From positions 412,565 to 476,564 of the forward strand of contig JAHILH010000001.1 in the NCBI GenBank assembly GCA_018897195.1: a stretch of DNA of 64,000 nt, in the 5' to 3' direction. Origin of the DNA: Patescibacteria group bacterium (GTDB lineage: Bacteria; Patescibacteriota; Patescibacteriia; Patescibacteriales; UBA12075). Shown here piece by piece: positions 1-9,909 of this stretch. A program made the position numbers and the translations under genes. The notes below the pieces were generated by a model, which ran no database searches, had not been told where the DNA came from, and saw nothing but the letters and a program-made list of their open reading frames with translations. Each line of letters begins with the position of its first letter. Position 1 is the stretch's first letter.

Positions 1-142
1 TTTTACCAGCCACCCAATCAGTCGCTCTATTATAATAAGCGCCAGCATCGATAACGGCTGCAAAAATAACCAATAAGGTTACCAAAATGAAAGATCTCCA
101 AACCTTTCCCCTCTGACTTGGTTGAAATACTTTTTTAATCAT
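1..142 (-). CDS. 5' part of a membrane protein running off the window, possibly SecD
   Basis: Open frame MIKKVFQPSQRGKVWRSFILVTLLVIFAAVIDAGAYYNRATDWVAGK with one hydrophobic segment; resembles Parcubacteria SecD N-termini from memory, but the diagnostic LGLDL motif would lie outside the window. Confidence 0.45.
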   Translation of the reverse strand, partial: MIKKVFQPSQRGKVWRSFILVTLLVIFAAVIDAGAYYNRATDWVAGK

Positions 143-217
143 AGTGTTAAGTTATATTAATAAATAAATTAATTAAATTCTAAAATAATATAATCCGCCG
201 CAAGGGACGGAAGTTGC

Positions 218-226
218 TTATCCACA
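218..226 (+). promoter_or_regulatory. Single DnaA box
   Basis: Exact TTATCCACA in an intergenic region; isolated, so not an origin call. Confidence 0.35.
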
Positions 227-320
227 CTTAGCCATTTTTTCTAAGTAATAGCTATATTTTAAAGCAACATTAAATAAATTGCAATATTGACAAAGATAAA
301 TTTCTATGTTGAAAAATAAA

Positions 321-351
321 AAACCCGATATTTTCTCAGAATATCGGGTTT
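321..351 (-). terminator. Intrinsic terminator after the HD gene
   Basis: AAACCCGATATT / AATATCGGGTTT stem with adjacent A-run (U-tract on the minus strand). Confidence 0.75.
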
Positions 352-352
352 G

Positions 353-1117
353 TCAAAATAATGTTGGCTGTCTGCGCTTTCTTTGATAGCGCATAATCAC
401 CCTTTTTGGCACTTTTAAGGCCAATTTAGCCATAACAACTGCTTCTTGTACTGCCATATAAAGCTTTTCCCCTTCTTTGGCGTATCTGTAGTCAGACTGA
501 GAAATTTTTTCCCCAAGCGGATAAACAAATCTCTCAGTTTCCTTTATATATCTATAAAGCTTCTTCTTGGTAAAAGGTTTTTTAGGACCCTGCCTTACTT
601 CGCCAGGATTTTCTCTAACAACCGGCCTCTTTAAATATAGATTTTTAGCCATATTTCTTAAGTTGTGATACCTGTCGGCTAATTTTACTATAATGCTATC
701 AAAATCCCTTATAATCAAACGAAAATGTTCCCTGTCAGACATATCATCTTTCTTGGTCACCCTATGAACAATTGAATATACTTGTTCTGGATAATCCTCT
801 TCAATTTCTTCCAAAATTTTTTCACTGACATCTTCCGGAGCATCATGTAAATAAGCCGCTGCTGAGATTACCGGCTCATCAACCCCAAACCAAATCAAAA
901 TTTTAACAACTTTTTCTGGATGAGTTTTTACCGGCTTACCATCCAGCCTAAATGTGTTATTATGCATACCACCAGAACAATCGTGGGCTTTTTCAACTAC
1001 ACCAGTTTTATCCCTAGCCATTGCATCTTTCACGCTGACTTCATCCCATGGTCTTTTTGCAAAATATTTAATTAATTTCATCGGATATTCATGAATATCC
1101 TGATTTTTACTAGACAT
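353..1117 (-). CDS. HD-domain hydrolase, RelA/SpoT hydrolase (small alarmone hydrolase/Mesh1)-like
   Basis: R-x-DG-x-P..THP, AAYLHDAPED, VTK and VKLADRYHNLRNM motifs of the RSH HD domain; no synthetase domain; GGAGG SD upstream. Confidence 0.75.
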   Translation of the reverse strand: MSSKNQDIHEYPMKLIKYFAKRPWDEVSVKDAMARDKTGVVEKAHDCSGGMHNNTFRLDGKPVKTHPEKVVKILIWFGVDEPVISAAAYLHDAPEDVSEKILEEIEEDYPEQVYSIVHRVTKKDDMSDREHFRLIIRDFDSIIVKLADRYHNLRNMAKNLYLKRPVVRENPGEVRQGPKKPFTKKKLYRYIKETERFVYPLGEKISQSDYRYAKEGEKLYMAVQEAVVMAKLALKVPKRVIMRYQRKRRQPTLF

Positions 1118-1220
1118 ATCCGCGCCTCCGTAGTTTATAGGTTATTTGTCAATGTTCAATATAGACCTCAACCTTACCCAAAAAATAGTATTTTGTCAAG
1201 GTTAATTTGTCAAATAAAAA

Positions 1221-1248
1221 AACCAGTCCCGATGACTCGGGACTGGTT
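1221..1248 (-). terminator. Intrinsic terminator after ahcY
   Basis: AACCAGTCCCGA / TCGGGACTGGTT stem with adjacent A-run. Confidence 0.8.
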
Positions 1249-1261
1249 ATCAAAATACCTA

Positions 1262-2674
1262 TTAATAACGATATCTATCTGGCTTATACGGCCCTTCGAC
1301 GGCCACATCAATATATTTCGCCTGTTCATCAGATAATTGCGTCAAAGTCACACCCAATTTATCTAAATGCAGTCTAGCCACCTCTTCATCAAGTCTTTTT
1401 GGCAAAGTATAAACACCGATTTCGTAATCCTTTTCCCAAAGTTCGATTTGTGCCAAGACCTGGTTTGTAAATGAAGCGCTCATCACAAAACTAGGATGAC
1501 CAGTTGCATTACCAAGATTTACTAAACGACCACGAGACAAAAGCACGATTGCGTGTCCGTCTGGGAAAACAAATTTATCAACTTGTGGTTTGATATTAAT
1601 TTCTTTAATACCATTATACTTTTCTAATTTTTCAACTTGAATTTCATTATCAAAATGTCCGATGTTACAAACAATTGATTCATCTTTCATTTTTTCCATG
1701 TGCTCCACGGTAATAATATCACGATTACCTGTTGTTGTTACATAAATATCACCTTCATCCAAAGCTTGTTCCACTGTCTTCACTTCAAAGCCCTCCATTG
1801 CCGCTTGCAAAGCACAAATTGGATCAACCTCAGTCACAATCACGCGTGCGCCAAAACCGCGCATACTCTGTGCGCAACCCTTGCCAACATCGCCATAACC
1901 ACAAATAACGGCGATTTTGCCAGCCACCATCACATCAGTACCTCGCTTGATACCATCGGCCAAACTTTCGCGACAACCGTAAAGATTGTCGAATTTACTT
2001 TTGGTTACAGAATCATTCACGTTGATGGCTGGGAATAATAATCTCTTCTTTTCTGACATCTGATAAAGTCTATGAACACCAGTCGTCGTCTCCTCGGATA
2101 CGCCCTTCACGTCTTTGATTATACCGCTCCAAAAAGTCGGATTCTCTTTATACATCCGAGCCAAAATTTTCATCAACTCTTTTTCGTCTTCACCTTTATC
2201 TGAATAATCTTTTTCCAAAATACTGGAATCCTTTTCAATCTCCACGCCCAAGTGCAACATCAAGGTCGCGTCAGAGCCGTCATCTACGATCAAATTTGGA
2301 CCCTTGCCACCTGGAAACATAAACGCTTGCTCTGTGCACCACCAATATTCTTCCAAAGTTTCACCCTTCCAAGCATAAACAGGCACGCCCGCTTTGGCAA
2401 TTGCTGCCGCTGCATGATCTTGGGTAGAATAAATATTACAAGAAACCCAACGCACATCTGCGCCCAACTCAACCAATGTTTCAATCAGTACCGCAGTTTG
2501 AATAGTCATGTGTAGACTGCCCAAAATACGTGCTCCAGCAAGCGGTTTCTGTTTGCTAAATTTTTCACGCAAAGCCATTAGGCCCGGCATTTCTTTTTCA
2601 GCGATAACGATTTCCTTTCGGCCGTAATCAGCCAAACTAATGTCTTTGATTTTAAAATCCTCTGTGTTTGTCAT
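1262..2674 (-). CDS. ahcY: Adenosylhomocysteinase (SAH hydrolase)
   Basis: [71 protein letters not shown] motifs. Confidence 0.98.
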   Translation of the reverse strand: MTNTEDFKIKDISLADYGRKEIVIAEKEMPGLMALREKFSKQKPLAGARILGSLHMTIQTAVLIETLVELGADVRWVSCNIYSTQDHAAAAIAKAGVPVYAWKGETLEEYWWCTEQAFMFPGGKGPNLIVDDGSDATLMLHLGVEIEKDSSILEKDYSDKGEDEKELMKILARMYKENPTFWSGIIKDVKGVSEETTTGVHRLYQMSEKKRLLFPAINVNDSVTKSKFDNLYGCRESLADGIKRGTDVMVAGKIAVICGYGDVGKGCAQSMRGFGARVIVTEVDPICALQAAMEGFEVKTVEQALDEGDIYVTTTGNRDIITVEHMEKMKDESIVCNIGHFDNEIQVEKLEKYNGIKEINIKPQVDKFVFPDGHAIVLLSRGRLVNLGNATGHPSFVMSASFTNQVLAQIELWEKDYEIGVYTLPKRLDEEVARLHLDKLGVTLTQLSDEQAKYIDVAVEGPYKPDRYRY

Positions 2675-3687
2675 AAATTCTTATATTTAGAAATTAAATT
2701 ATGATGTTTTTTGTCCATACGCGCGCCCATGCTCGCCACCACCAAGGCGGAGACATGACTAGCAATTTCGCCAGCTTCTTGCAAATTCAAACCATTAACT
2801 AGGCCGTGCAAAATACCGGCAGCGTACATATCACCTGCCCCGTTCGTATTTACCATCTCCACCTTGTGCGGTTCAATATTATAAACTTTACCATTTTCTT
2901 TAATCAAGCTTCCCTTCGCTCCTAGTTTTACTACCGCAATCTTGCAGTTATCTGCAATATCGTGTAGCGCTTCAGTTGAGTCTTTTTTATCCGTAAATTC
3001 AGACGCCTCTTCTTCATTGGCAAAAACAATGTCCACATGCTCACGCACTACGTCCTGAAATAGTTTTTTATTGCGCTGAATCAAGTGTACATCTGAAAGA
3101 TCGAGAGAAATTAAGACATTGCCTTCCTTCGCAATGCCCACAGCGTGCATCACCGCATCGTAAGTATTAGGATTCTCCAATTGATATGCCTCAATATGTA
3201 AGATTTTACTATGTCGAACTACATTTTCATCAACATGTTTTTTGACAAAATTAGCCGACGCACCCAAATGAGTCGCCATCGTTCTTTCTCCATCTGGTGT
3301 GATAAAAATGATTGAATGCCCGGTCATATCGCGATCATGACGCAAAAGATGTGATACGATTCCCTCTTTTTCAATTTCTTCGCTATATCTACGACCATGA
3401 CTATCATCGCCAATCATGCCCAAAAAAGAAGTACGATTGCCCAGGAGATTAACGCCTGAAAGCGTATTAGCCGCAGAGCCACCCGGTGATAATTCATGAG
3501 CCACGTGACTAAGTTCATTTAAGATGTTTTTACTTTCCGCTTCGGAAATCAAATTCATCGAACCTTTTTTGATTTTTAAATCATCGAGAACTTTATCTTC
3601 GATATTAATTACAATATCAAGTAAGGGACTGCCGATGCCCAAAAGATCCCAATGCTTATTTTTAACTGTTGTGTTTTCAGTTTTCAT
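2671..3687 (-). CDS. PfkB-family kinase, probable adenosine kinase
   Basis: GGSAANT, ERTM, ANEEEA and [12 protein letters not shown]fkB signatures; overlaps the ahcY start by 4 nt. Confidence 0.85.
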   Translation of the reverse strand: MKTENTTVKNKHWDLLGIGSPLLDIVINIEDKVLDDLKIKKGSMNLISEAESKNILNELSHVAHELSPGGSAANTLSGVNLLGNRTSFLGMIGDDSHGRRYSEEIEKEGIVSHLLRHDRDMTGHSIIFITPDGERTMATHLGASANFVKKHVDENVVRHSKILHIEAYQLENPNTYDAVMHAVGIAKEGNVLISLDLSDVHLIQRNKKLFQDVVREHVDIVFANEEEASEFTDKKDSTEALHDIADNCKIAVVKLGAKGSLIKENGKVYNIEPHKVEMVNTNGAGDMYAAGILHGLVNGLNLQEAGEIASHVSALVVASMGARMDKKHHNLISKYKNL

Positions 3688-3794
3688 ATTTTTTCATAAT
3701 AGCATATTTTCATTTATGTGCCAATTTTTTTACTCACAAAAAAAATACAGACTAATTATTTTAGTATGTATTTTTTAAAAAAATTTTTCAAACA

Positions 3795-5342
3795 TTAACG
3801 ACTCTTGGGCGTCACCCAAAAACCCATATATTTCCCAAACATCAGCTTGGTTTGTGAGTCCAACCCCGGAATTGAGCCAAAAACGATAATACTGACAGGC
3901 AGAATTACCCATTGCACCGGAATTAATAATGTTTTCCAAAAACTATAACCATCAGGTCTTTTTGGCAATAATAAAGTCGCGATAATTGAAGATAGCACCA
4001 AGCCAGACATGGCAAAGGTCATCAAAGCTCTGGTTACCATTGGTAGATTGGTTGATAAGGTAGTAGAGTTAAAAGCCGCCCCGCCCAAAAACAATGGCAT
4101 CCAACCAATAACAGCAATAATCAAAGCATTGGTCGCCCAAGAATGAAAACCATACAATTGAGTAAAAATTCGACTAATCATGGTCATCTTTGGATAAGTC
4201 TTCCAATTTTTAATAGTATTAAAAATTAAATAAGGTAAATTCTCCACACCCCAACCCCAACGTCTTTGTTGTTTATAAAGACTAGTTGCCGTCGCCTTCA
4301 AGGTCTTGTCCATACACGCATCCATTGAGACAGGATAGTTCATCGGCTCGACGCGGTAGTCACCTTTGTAATAACAAAAGCAATGCCAAAAAATACGCGA
4401 ATCTTCACTCACCATTTTCGTTGACCAAAAACCAATATCCACCAAAGCGCGCCAAGTCATGGAATGCGAGGAATAGGTCGCCAATTTTTCTTGGCGAATC
4501 TGTTGCATCATCTGCCAAAAAGTATTAGATGAAGCGGCAATGCGGGCAAAGAAAGGGGCTTGCCAAATATTATTATGATAAACCGGAATCGGCTGATAAC
4601 TCGCGCGATAGGGATTGGGTACAGTCAAAAATTTGTAAGTCAGGTTGTAGAAATAATCCGGATAAATAACAGTATCAATATCAAAAACGCTCACCAAAAT
4701 CTTGTCATAATCAATATTATTCTTATCAACATAGTCACGCTTCAAGGCACTCGCCGCCCAGGCCTGGTTCGCACCCTTACCCTTCAGTTCACCCTCAATG
4801 CCATCTGGATGAAAGAAGACAAAAAAATCTTTAAACTTGTGCCCGAATTCATTTTTAATTTTCTCCGCATTAATGTGTGCTATTTCGCCGCCCCGCTCCT
4901 CAACTGCCAACACCACCACCATTTTATCAACTGGGTAATTACTAAATAACATCGCTGAAAAACTTGTCCGAATTACTTCAATGCTCTCATTATATGTCGG
5001 AAAAAAAACCAAGTGAATAACATCATCCCAGGCCATGGTCTTGCCCTCAATATTCACCGCTCCCAATTCATGACACTTCTGCCCCCAATCAATTTTAATA
5101 TTTTTTTTCAAACGATCATAGGCCACCAATAAATGCACGCCCAGAAACACCACCAAGAGCAACCAGTACACATCGAAAGCGATAATAAAGAAGGCTACAA
5201 AAACAGGCTGCCAATAAGACAGCGCTAATAACAAAAACAAAGTCGCCCACGACAAAAAGCCAGGCAAGATTTCCAACCACCGATACAAACGGCGATCATC
5301 ACCGGTTAACTCTGTTGCTTTTCCAATTTTTAAATAATCCAT
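3795..5342 (-). CDS. Membrane glycosyltransferase, family 2
   Basis: PTYNE, GKGAN, DIDT, SED and QQRRW motifs with N- and C-terminal TM helices. Confidence 0.85.
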   Translation of the reverse strand: MDYLKIGKATELTGDDRRLYRWLEILPGFLSWATLFLLLALSYWQPVFVAFFIIAFDVYWLLLVVFLGVHLLVAYDRLKKNIKIDWGQKCHELGAVNIEGKTMAWDDVIHLVFFPTYNESIEVIRTSFSAMLFSNYPVDKMVVVLAVEERGGEIAHINAEKIKNEFGHKFKDFFVFFHPDGIEGELKGKGANQAWAASALKRDYVDKNNIDYDKILVSVFDIDTVIYPDYFYNLTYKFLTVPNPYRASYQPIPVYHNNIWQAPFFARIAASSNTFWQMMQQIRQEKLATYSSHSMTWRALVDIGFWSTKMVSEDSRIFWHCFCYYKGDYRVEPMNYPVSMDACMDKTLKATATSLYKQQRRWGWGVENLPYLIFNTIKNWKTYPKMTMISRIFTQLYGFHSWATNALIIAVIGWMPLFLGGAAFNSTTLSTNLPMVTRALMTFAMSGLVLSSIIATLLLPKRPDGYSFWKTLLIPVQWVILPVSIIVFGSIPGLDSQTKLMFGKYMGFWVTPKSR

Positions 5343-5394
5343 ACAGCTACAATGCTAATCCGCGAATAAATACTAATCTGCGAATAGCGAATAA

Positions 5395-6048
5395 TTATTT
5401 TTTATCTTCTTTTAATAAAAAACTTCCTAAAAAATATAATACGTAAAAGAAAACTGTAAACACGAGGAAATTAATAAAATAATTCCATTCCGTCAAATAC
5501 AATAAAGCATCTTTCATAATTAAGCCGGGAAAATAAAACATCTCCCAACTATTCCAACGATTTACCAGCCCCAATAGGACACCCAAGGATATCAAGGGAA
5601 TAATACCGACTATAAAAGAATTCGCCACTGTCTTATTAAAAATAAGAATCAGTAAATTTTTCATCTGTCGCAGTAAATGCACAAAAAATATCCAGCCTAC
5701 TAAAGCATAGGTAAAAAAGACAATAATCATCCAGGCATTTTTTACACATACTCGATAAAAAGAATACGGACAGTAATTCATCAAATGGCGAACATCTGTC
5801 ATTATATAAGCAGAATTCGGCACAAAAAGCAACCATAGTAGAAACCAAAAGCCAAAAACTACCTTTTGGGTATTTTTTTCAATCTTTGTCAGATTGTAAT
5901 ACCGCACCAAAACTTTAAAAATCAACAATGGTACCAATAATAAAATAATATTCCAAACAATACCAAAAACCGGATATTCATTAATAAATAAATAACCGGG
6001 CAAATTTGAATTATAAAAAAAGTCTGAAATTATCTGATCACTACTCAT
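5395..6048 (-). CDS. DUF1361-like membrane protein
   Basis: WNIILL, WLLFVPNSAYIMTDVRHL and RWNSWE motifs. Confidence 0.7.
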   Translation of the reverse strand: MSSDQIISDFFYNSNLPGYLFINEYPVFGIVWNIILLLVPLLIFKVLVRYYNLTKIEKNTQKVVFGFWFLLWLLFVPNSAYIMTDVRHLMNYCPYSFYRVCVKNAWMIIVFFTYALVGWIFFVHLLRQMKNLLILIFNKTVANSFIVGIIPLISLGVLLGLVNRWNSWEMFYFPGLIMKDALLYLTEWNYFINFLVFTVFFYVLYFLGSFLLKEDKK

Positions 6049-6050
6049 AA

Positions 6051-8138
6051 TTAAAAATCTATTTCATCATCGTCGCCAAAATCAGTTTCTTTACTATTAT
6101 TTGTGATGACTGGTCTGGGATTTTCTTGAACAACCTTATTTTGATGATTAACAATTGACTTAACTTCTTCACAAATAACTTGCTTTGGCTGATAAGTCGC
6201 CGCCGGAAACTCCTCTCTAACAATCCTATTTGTCTGACTAACAACTGTTAAATTTTCTTCCTTAATAGTCCTATTGGACTGTACCGGCTTAGGCTGATTA
6301 TTGTTCTTTGGTCGATTCCCAAAATTAACCGGCGCCATTTTTAAAGCCTCACCCAAAGAAACCTCCTTAACATTAATAATCGGCTTTATTTCAACTCGAC
6401 CAGTTTCCTTCAATTTTTTCAATTCTCTTTCTTTCTGTAAACGACGCTCTTCAATTTCTTTATTCTTCTCCTCTCGTACTAGCGATAGACACTCCTTACA
6501 ATAAATCGGTCGAATACCATCTGGCTGAAAGGAGGTTTGTGTGTTTTTTCCACAACGATTACAACTAACATCAAATTTATAAACCTTGTTTTTGTCGTCA
6601 TTACTACTACTTCGAACCTCTTCTGTTTGCGTGTTACTTGGACGAACAATTTCAGCCGTCGGCCGACTGTTCAATTCCGGCGCTATTGGTTTTTTGTCAA
6701 AATTACTAACCCGATCTGTTGAAGGTTTTTTATCAAAATTATTTGACGGCACAGCTGTTGTTTTTTTCTCAAAATTATTAACCGGCGCCGGTCTTTTAGT
6801 CGCATCAACATTGCGCGCCGCCTCGACAAATTTAGCCTGGCGTGGTAGATCGTCATCATCCTCATCATTATGCCATTTGGCAATTTTTTCTTCAACTATC
6901 TCTCTCGGTTTTGCATATCTTTCTCGAGAAATCGCGATTACCTTTTCAAAATTACCAGTTTTCTCCTCAGCGCTTAGGGGCGGCAAACCACGCGCCGAAA
7001 AAGGATCAGAAGCAACGCCGTCAATCATTAATTTTAAATAAGTTTCATATTTGGGTAAATTCAAAATATCTTCCGCTGTAAAAGTTGGCATAAATTCCGG
7101 TTCCAAAAATTCGGCATCGGCCGCACCCACTCGAAAAGCGACAATCGTGCCCACGTTACCAAACACCGCACTCGCCACTTTCTCTGGTAATTGCTCCACG
7201 TATTGATGGGCCAAAATCAAATTCAAGCGATATTTACGCGCTTCGGATAAAATATTCGCAAAAGAATCAGTTGCAAAATTCTGAAACTCATCAACGTACA
7301 AATAAAAATCACGCCTTTCGCTTTCCGGCATATCTACGCGACTCATCGCCGCCAACTGAATCTTGGTTACAATCATTGATCCTAAAAGTTGGGAATTATC
7401 CTCACCAATTCGGCCTTTACTTAAATTCAAAATCAAAATCTTGCCCTCATCCATGATTTTGCGAATATCAATTGTTGATTTCGCCTGACCGATAATATTT
7501 CTAATTAAAGAGGTCGATAAAAACTGACCAACCTTATTCTGAATCGGCGACACCGCCTCAGAGGCAAACTTATCATTATAACTAGCGAATTCATTCACCC
7601 AAAAAGCCTTCACAACCGGATTTTGAATATTGTCCACCACCTTCTTGCGGAAATTTTTGTCTGACAAAATACGAGTCACCCCCAAAAGCGTCGAACCAGG
7701 ATAATCCAAAATCGCTAAAATGGCGTTACGCAAAATATATTCCAAGCGAGGACCCCAAGAATCCGCCCACAACTTTTGAAAAACGCCAATCAGGCCAGAG
7801 GCAACTAGATGGCGTAAGTGTGGCTCAACTTGCTCCACAATATTAAAAGCAATTGGAAAATCATAATCAGCCGGATTAAAATAAACCACGTCATTGATTC
7901 GATCATTGGGAATATATTCCATGATTTTCTCCGCCAAATCACCATGCGGATCTACCACGGCCACGCCATGACCCGCTCGAATATCACTAATAATCATATT
8001 CTCCTGAATCGTGGATTTGCCCATACCCGTCTTTCCAATCAAATACATGTGACGACGTCGATCATCACGCTTGATACCAAATTTTCTATTTTCATTTCGA
8101 TAAGTTGTCTCTGCAAACAATGCAATATCTTTATTCAT
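6051..8138 (-). CDS. VirD4/TraD-like coupling ATPase with C-terminal CxxC-x17-CxxC zinc ribbon
   Basis: DRRRHMYLIGKTGMGKST, DPHGD, LYVDEFQNF, SEARKYRL, AHQY motifs; CNRC...YCKEC in the low-complexity tail. Confidence 0.85.
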   Translation of the reverse strand: MNKDIALFAETTYRNENRKFGIKRDDRRRHMYLIGKTGMGKSTIQENMIISDIRAGHGVAVVDPHGDLAEKIMEYIPNDRINDVVYFNPADYDFPIAFNIVEQVEPHLRHLVASGLIGVFQKLWADSWGPRLEYILRNAILAILDYPGSTLLGVTRILSDKNFRKKVVDNIQNPVVKAFWVNEFASYNDKFASEAVSPIQNKVGQFLSTSLIRNIIGQAKSTIDIRKIMDEGKILILNLSKGRIGEDNSQLLGSMIVTKIQLAAMSRVDMPESERRDFYLYVDEFQNFATDSFANILSEARKYRLNLILAHQYVEQLPEKVASAVFGNVGTIVAFRVGAADAEFLEPEFMPTFTAEDILNLPKYETYLKLMIDGVASDPFSARGLPPLSAEEKTGNFEKVIAISRERYAKPREIVEEKIAKWHNDEDDDDLPRQAKFVEAARNVDATKRPAPVNNFEKKTTAVPSNNFDKKPSTDRVSNFDKKPIAPELNSRPTAEIVRPSNTQTEEVRSSSNDDKNKVYKFDVSCNRCGKNTQTSFQPDGIRPIYCKECLSLVREEKNKEIEERRLQKERELKKLKETGRVEIKPIINVKEVSLGEALKMAPVNFGNRPKNNNQPKPVQSNRTIKEENLTVVSQTNRIVREEFPAATYQPKQVICEEVKSIVNHQNKVVQENPRPVITNNSKETDFGDDDEIDF

Positions 8139-8150
8139 AAATTTTTACAC

Positions 8151-8188
8151 CGTCATCCCCGCGGAGGCGGGGATCCAGGCACCTCGTA
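8151..8188. repeat. Truncated left end of the 171-bp palindromic element (family A)
   Basis: CGTCATCCCCGCGGAGGCGGGGATCCAGGCACCTCGTA matches the first 38 nt of the copies at 14741 and 23583. Confidence 0.85.
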
Positions 8189-8219
8189 CTATAAATCTTA
8201 ATTAAAACAAATCTTATTT

Positions 8220-9800
8220 TTATCCAAACGGCAAATTACTTGGTGGTCCACCCCTTTTCTCGACAGGTTTTTCCGCTGGCATCTCAACCGCCTTCTTAGC
8301 CGTTGGTGTTTCAAAAATATCTTCCGAGCCAAAATTACTAATATCCACCACGCCACCTTTTCGTACTTCTTTATTTCCTGACTGTGGCGCGAATACCGGC
8401 GCTGATGATTTTAGACTCTCGTCAATCTCAGCAAAAATATTTTCACTACTAACCTTCTCGGTAAAAAAATCATTATCAACTGCATTCTCAAACATCGGCA
8501 AGGTCATCGGCGGTTCAGACTTACGGCCCGGAGCCTTCTGGATCATCGGCGCCTTCACTACAAGTTCCAATGGGAAGTGCCACAGCGTTGCCAATTCTTC
8601 AATATTGAAATAACCAGCCGTTCTGCCCGCAGACATACTGCGATTTTTATAATTTTTCACTATTTTATGCTTCTTTTCGTTTAAGCGATAATTTTTGAAA
8701 AAATAATTAGCCGATGTCATCGTCTTTAAAGAGTCTGGTTTCAAACTATTTAAATCCTGTTCAATGAATTGCTTGATATACCCATTAAAACCATTAACCA
8801 CTTTCGGCTTAACCATGGTATCCTTTTTGCTAACATAAACCATTCTGATTTTTGACTTAAAACCCAGTTTGGCACTTTTCATTTGAATCGCCTCAACTTG
8901 CTTCTTTTCTTTGGGCCGCAAATTCATCATCTTTAATAATTCATCTTTCTTCTCTTCCTTCTTGGCGGATTCAAACGTAAAAAACGCATCACCAATAGAT
9001 GAAATAACAGCCATTAAAAAACCGGCCAACATATCTACAAAATTATCCTTGGCCGCTGTTTTGTCGCCTAGAATTTTTTTAATTTCCTCATCACTCTTCT
9101 TTGTCCAGGCATGATCTCCTGGCTCAATAATTATCTGATACCACATCTGTTCTCCTTTTCGCAAACTACTACACAAATCCATCAATGATGCCATTGGATC
9201 CTTAAATTGTTCCTCTGGCTTAGTGCCGTCACTAGCCAAAAACTCAGGATAAGTTTTAATCGGATAAGCGCTAGGTGCGGTTTGAATAAACTCAGCCCCC
9301 CAAACATCGTATTCAGAGTCTGGGTATTTGGTGGGTATCCCCACAGTGTAATCATCCACATCGGATATTTCCGCATCTGGATATTGTGAGTAAATCGCAG
9401 ACTCAACTAAGTTACGGAAAGCCAATGGTGTCCTGATTAAGAATTGCGTATAGCCATCAATGCTTACTATTTCCATGCTAAATGACAGTTGAAACTGCCC
9501 CTCCCAATATTTTTCAATCAAATTTTTTGAACCATGTGCTCCAGCCAAATAGGTAAAAATATTTTCCACCGCTCGTAAAGATTGAGTATTGCCTCTAGGA
9601 ATATCAATAGCTAAAAGAATCATTTTTTGAGTTTCAAACCATTTGTCCTCAATATACTCTTTCCATATATCCCAAGCCCCTACCAAAAAAACCATAGCGA
9701 CTGGAATCCAACCGACATTAACAAGCACTGTCAAAAGCAGCTCGTCGGCTGGCAATGACAAGAATTGAAATATTGGTGATAAATCTAATGAGATATTCAC
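8220..9800 (-). CDS. Conserved membrane-anchored protein partnered with the VirD4-like ATPase
   Basis: Long ORF with N-terminal TM; SAIYSQYPDAEI, YPIKTY, DPMASL and EELATLWHFP motifs recalled from CPR partners of such ATPases; AAGGAG before a GTG start. Confidence 0.7.
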   Translation of the reverse strand: MNISLDLSPIFQFLSLPADELLLTVLVNVGWIPVAMVFLVGAWDIWKEYIEDKWFETQKMILLAIDIPRGNTQSLRAVENIFTYLAGAHGSKNLIEKYWEGQFQLSFSMEIVSIDGYTQFLIRTPLAFRNLVESAIYSQYPDAEISDVDDYTVGIPTKYPDSEYDVWGAEFIQTAPSAYPIKTYPEFLASDGTKPEEQFKDPMASLMDLCSSLRKGEQMWYQIIIEPGDHAWTKKSDEEIKKILGDKTAAKDNFVDMLAGFLMAVISSIGDAFFTFESAKKEEKKDELLKMMNLRPKEKKQVEAIQMKSAKLGFKSKIRMVYVSKKDTMVKPKVVNGFNGYIKQFIEQDLNSLKPDSLKTMTSANYFFKNYRLNEKKHKIVKNYKNRSMSAGRTAGYFNIEELATLWHFPLELVVKAPMIQKAPGRKSEPPMTLPMFENAVDNDFFTEKVSSENIFAEIDESLKSSAPVFAPQSGNKEVRKGGVVDISNFGSEDIFETPTAKKAVEMPAEKPVEKRGGPPSNLPFG

Positions 9801-9909
9801 AGTTTCTCCTTTACTAATAATAAAATTATTATAACATATTTTTTATTTTTCTCAAAACGCAAAAGACTCGCAATGACGCGAGTCTTTATAAATATTCACT
9901 TTTATAATT

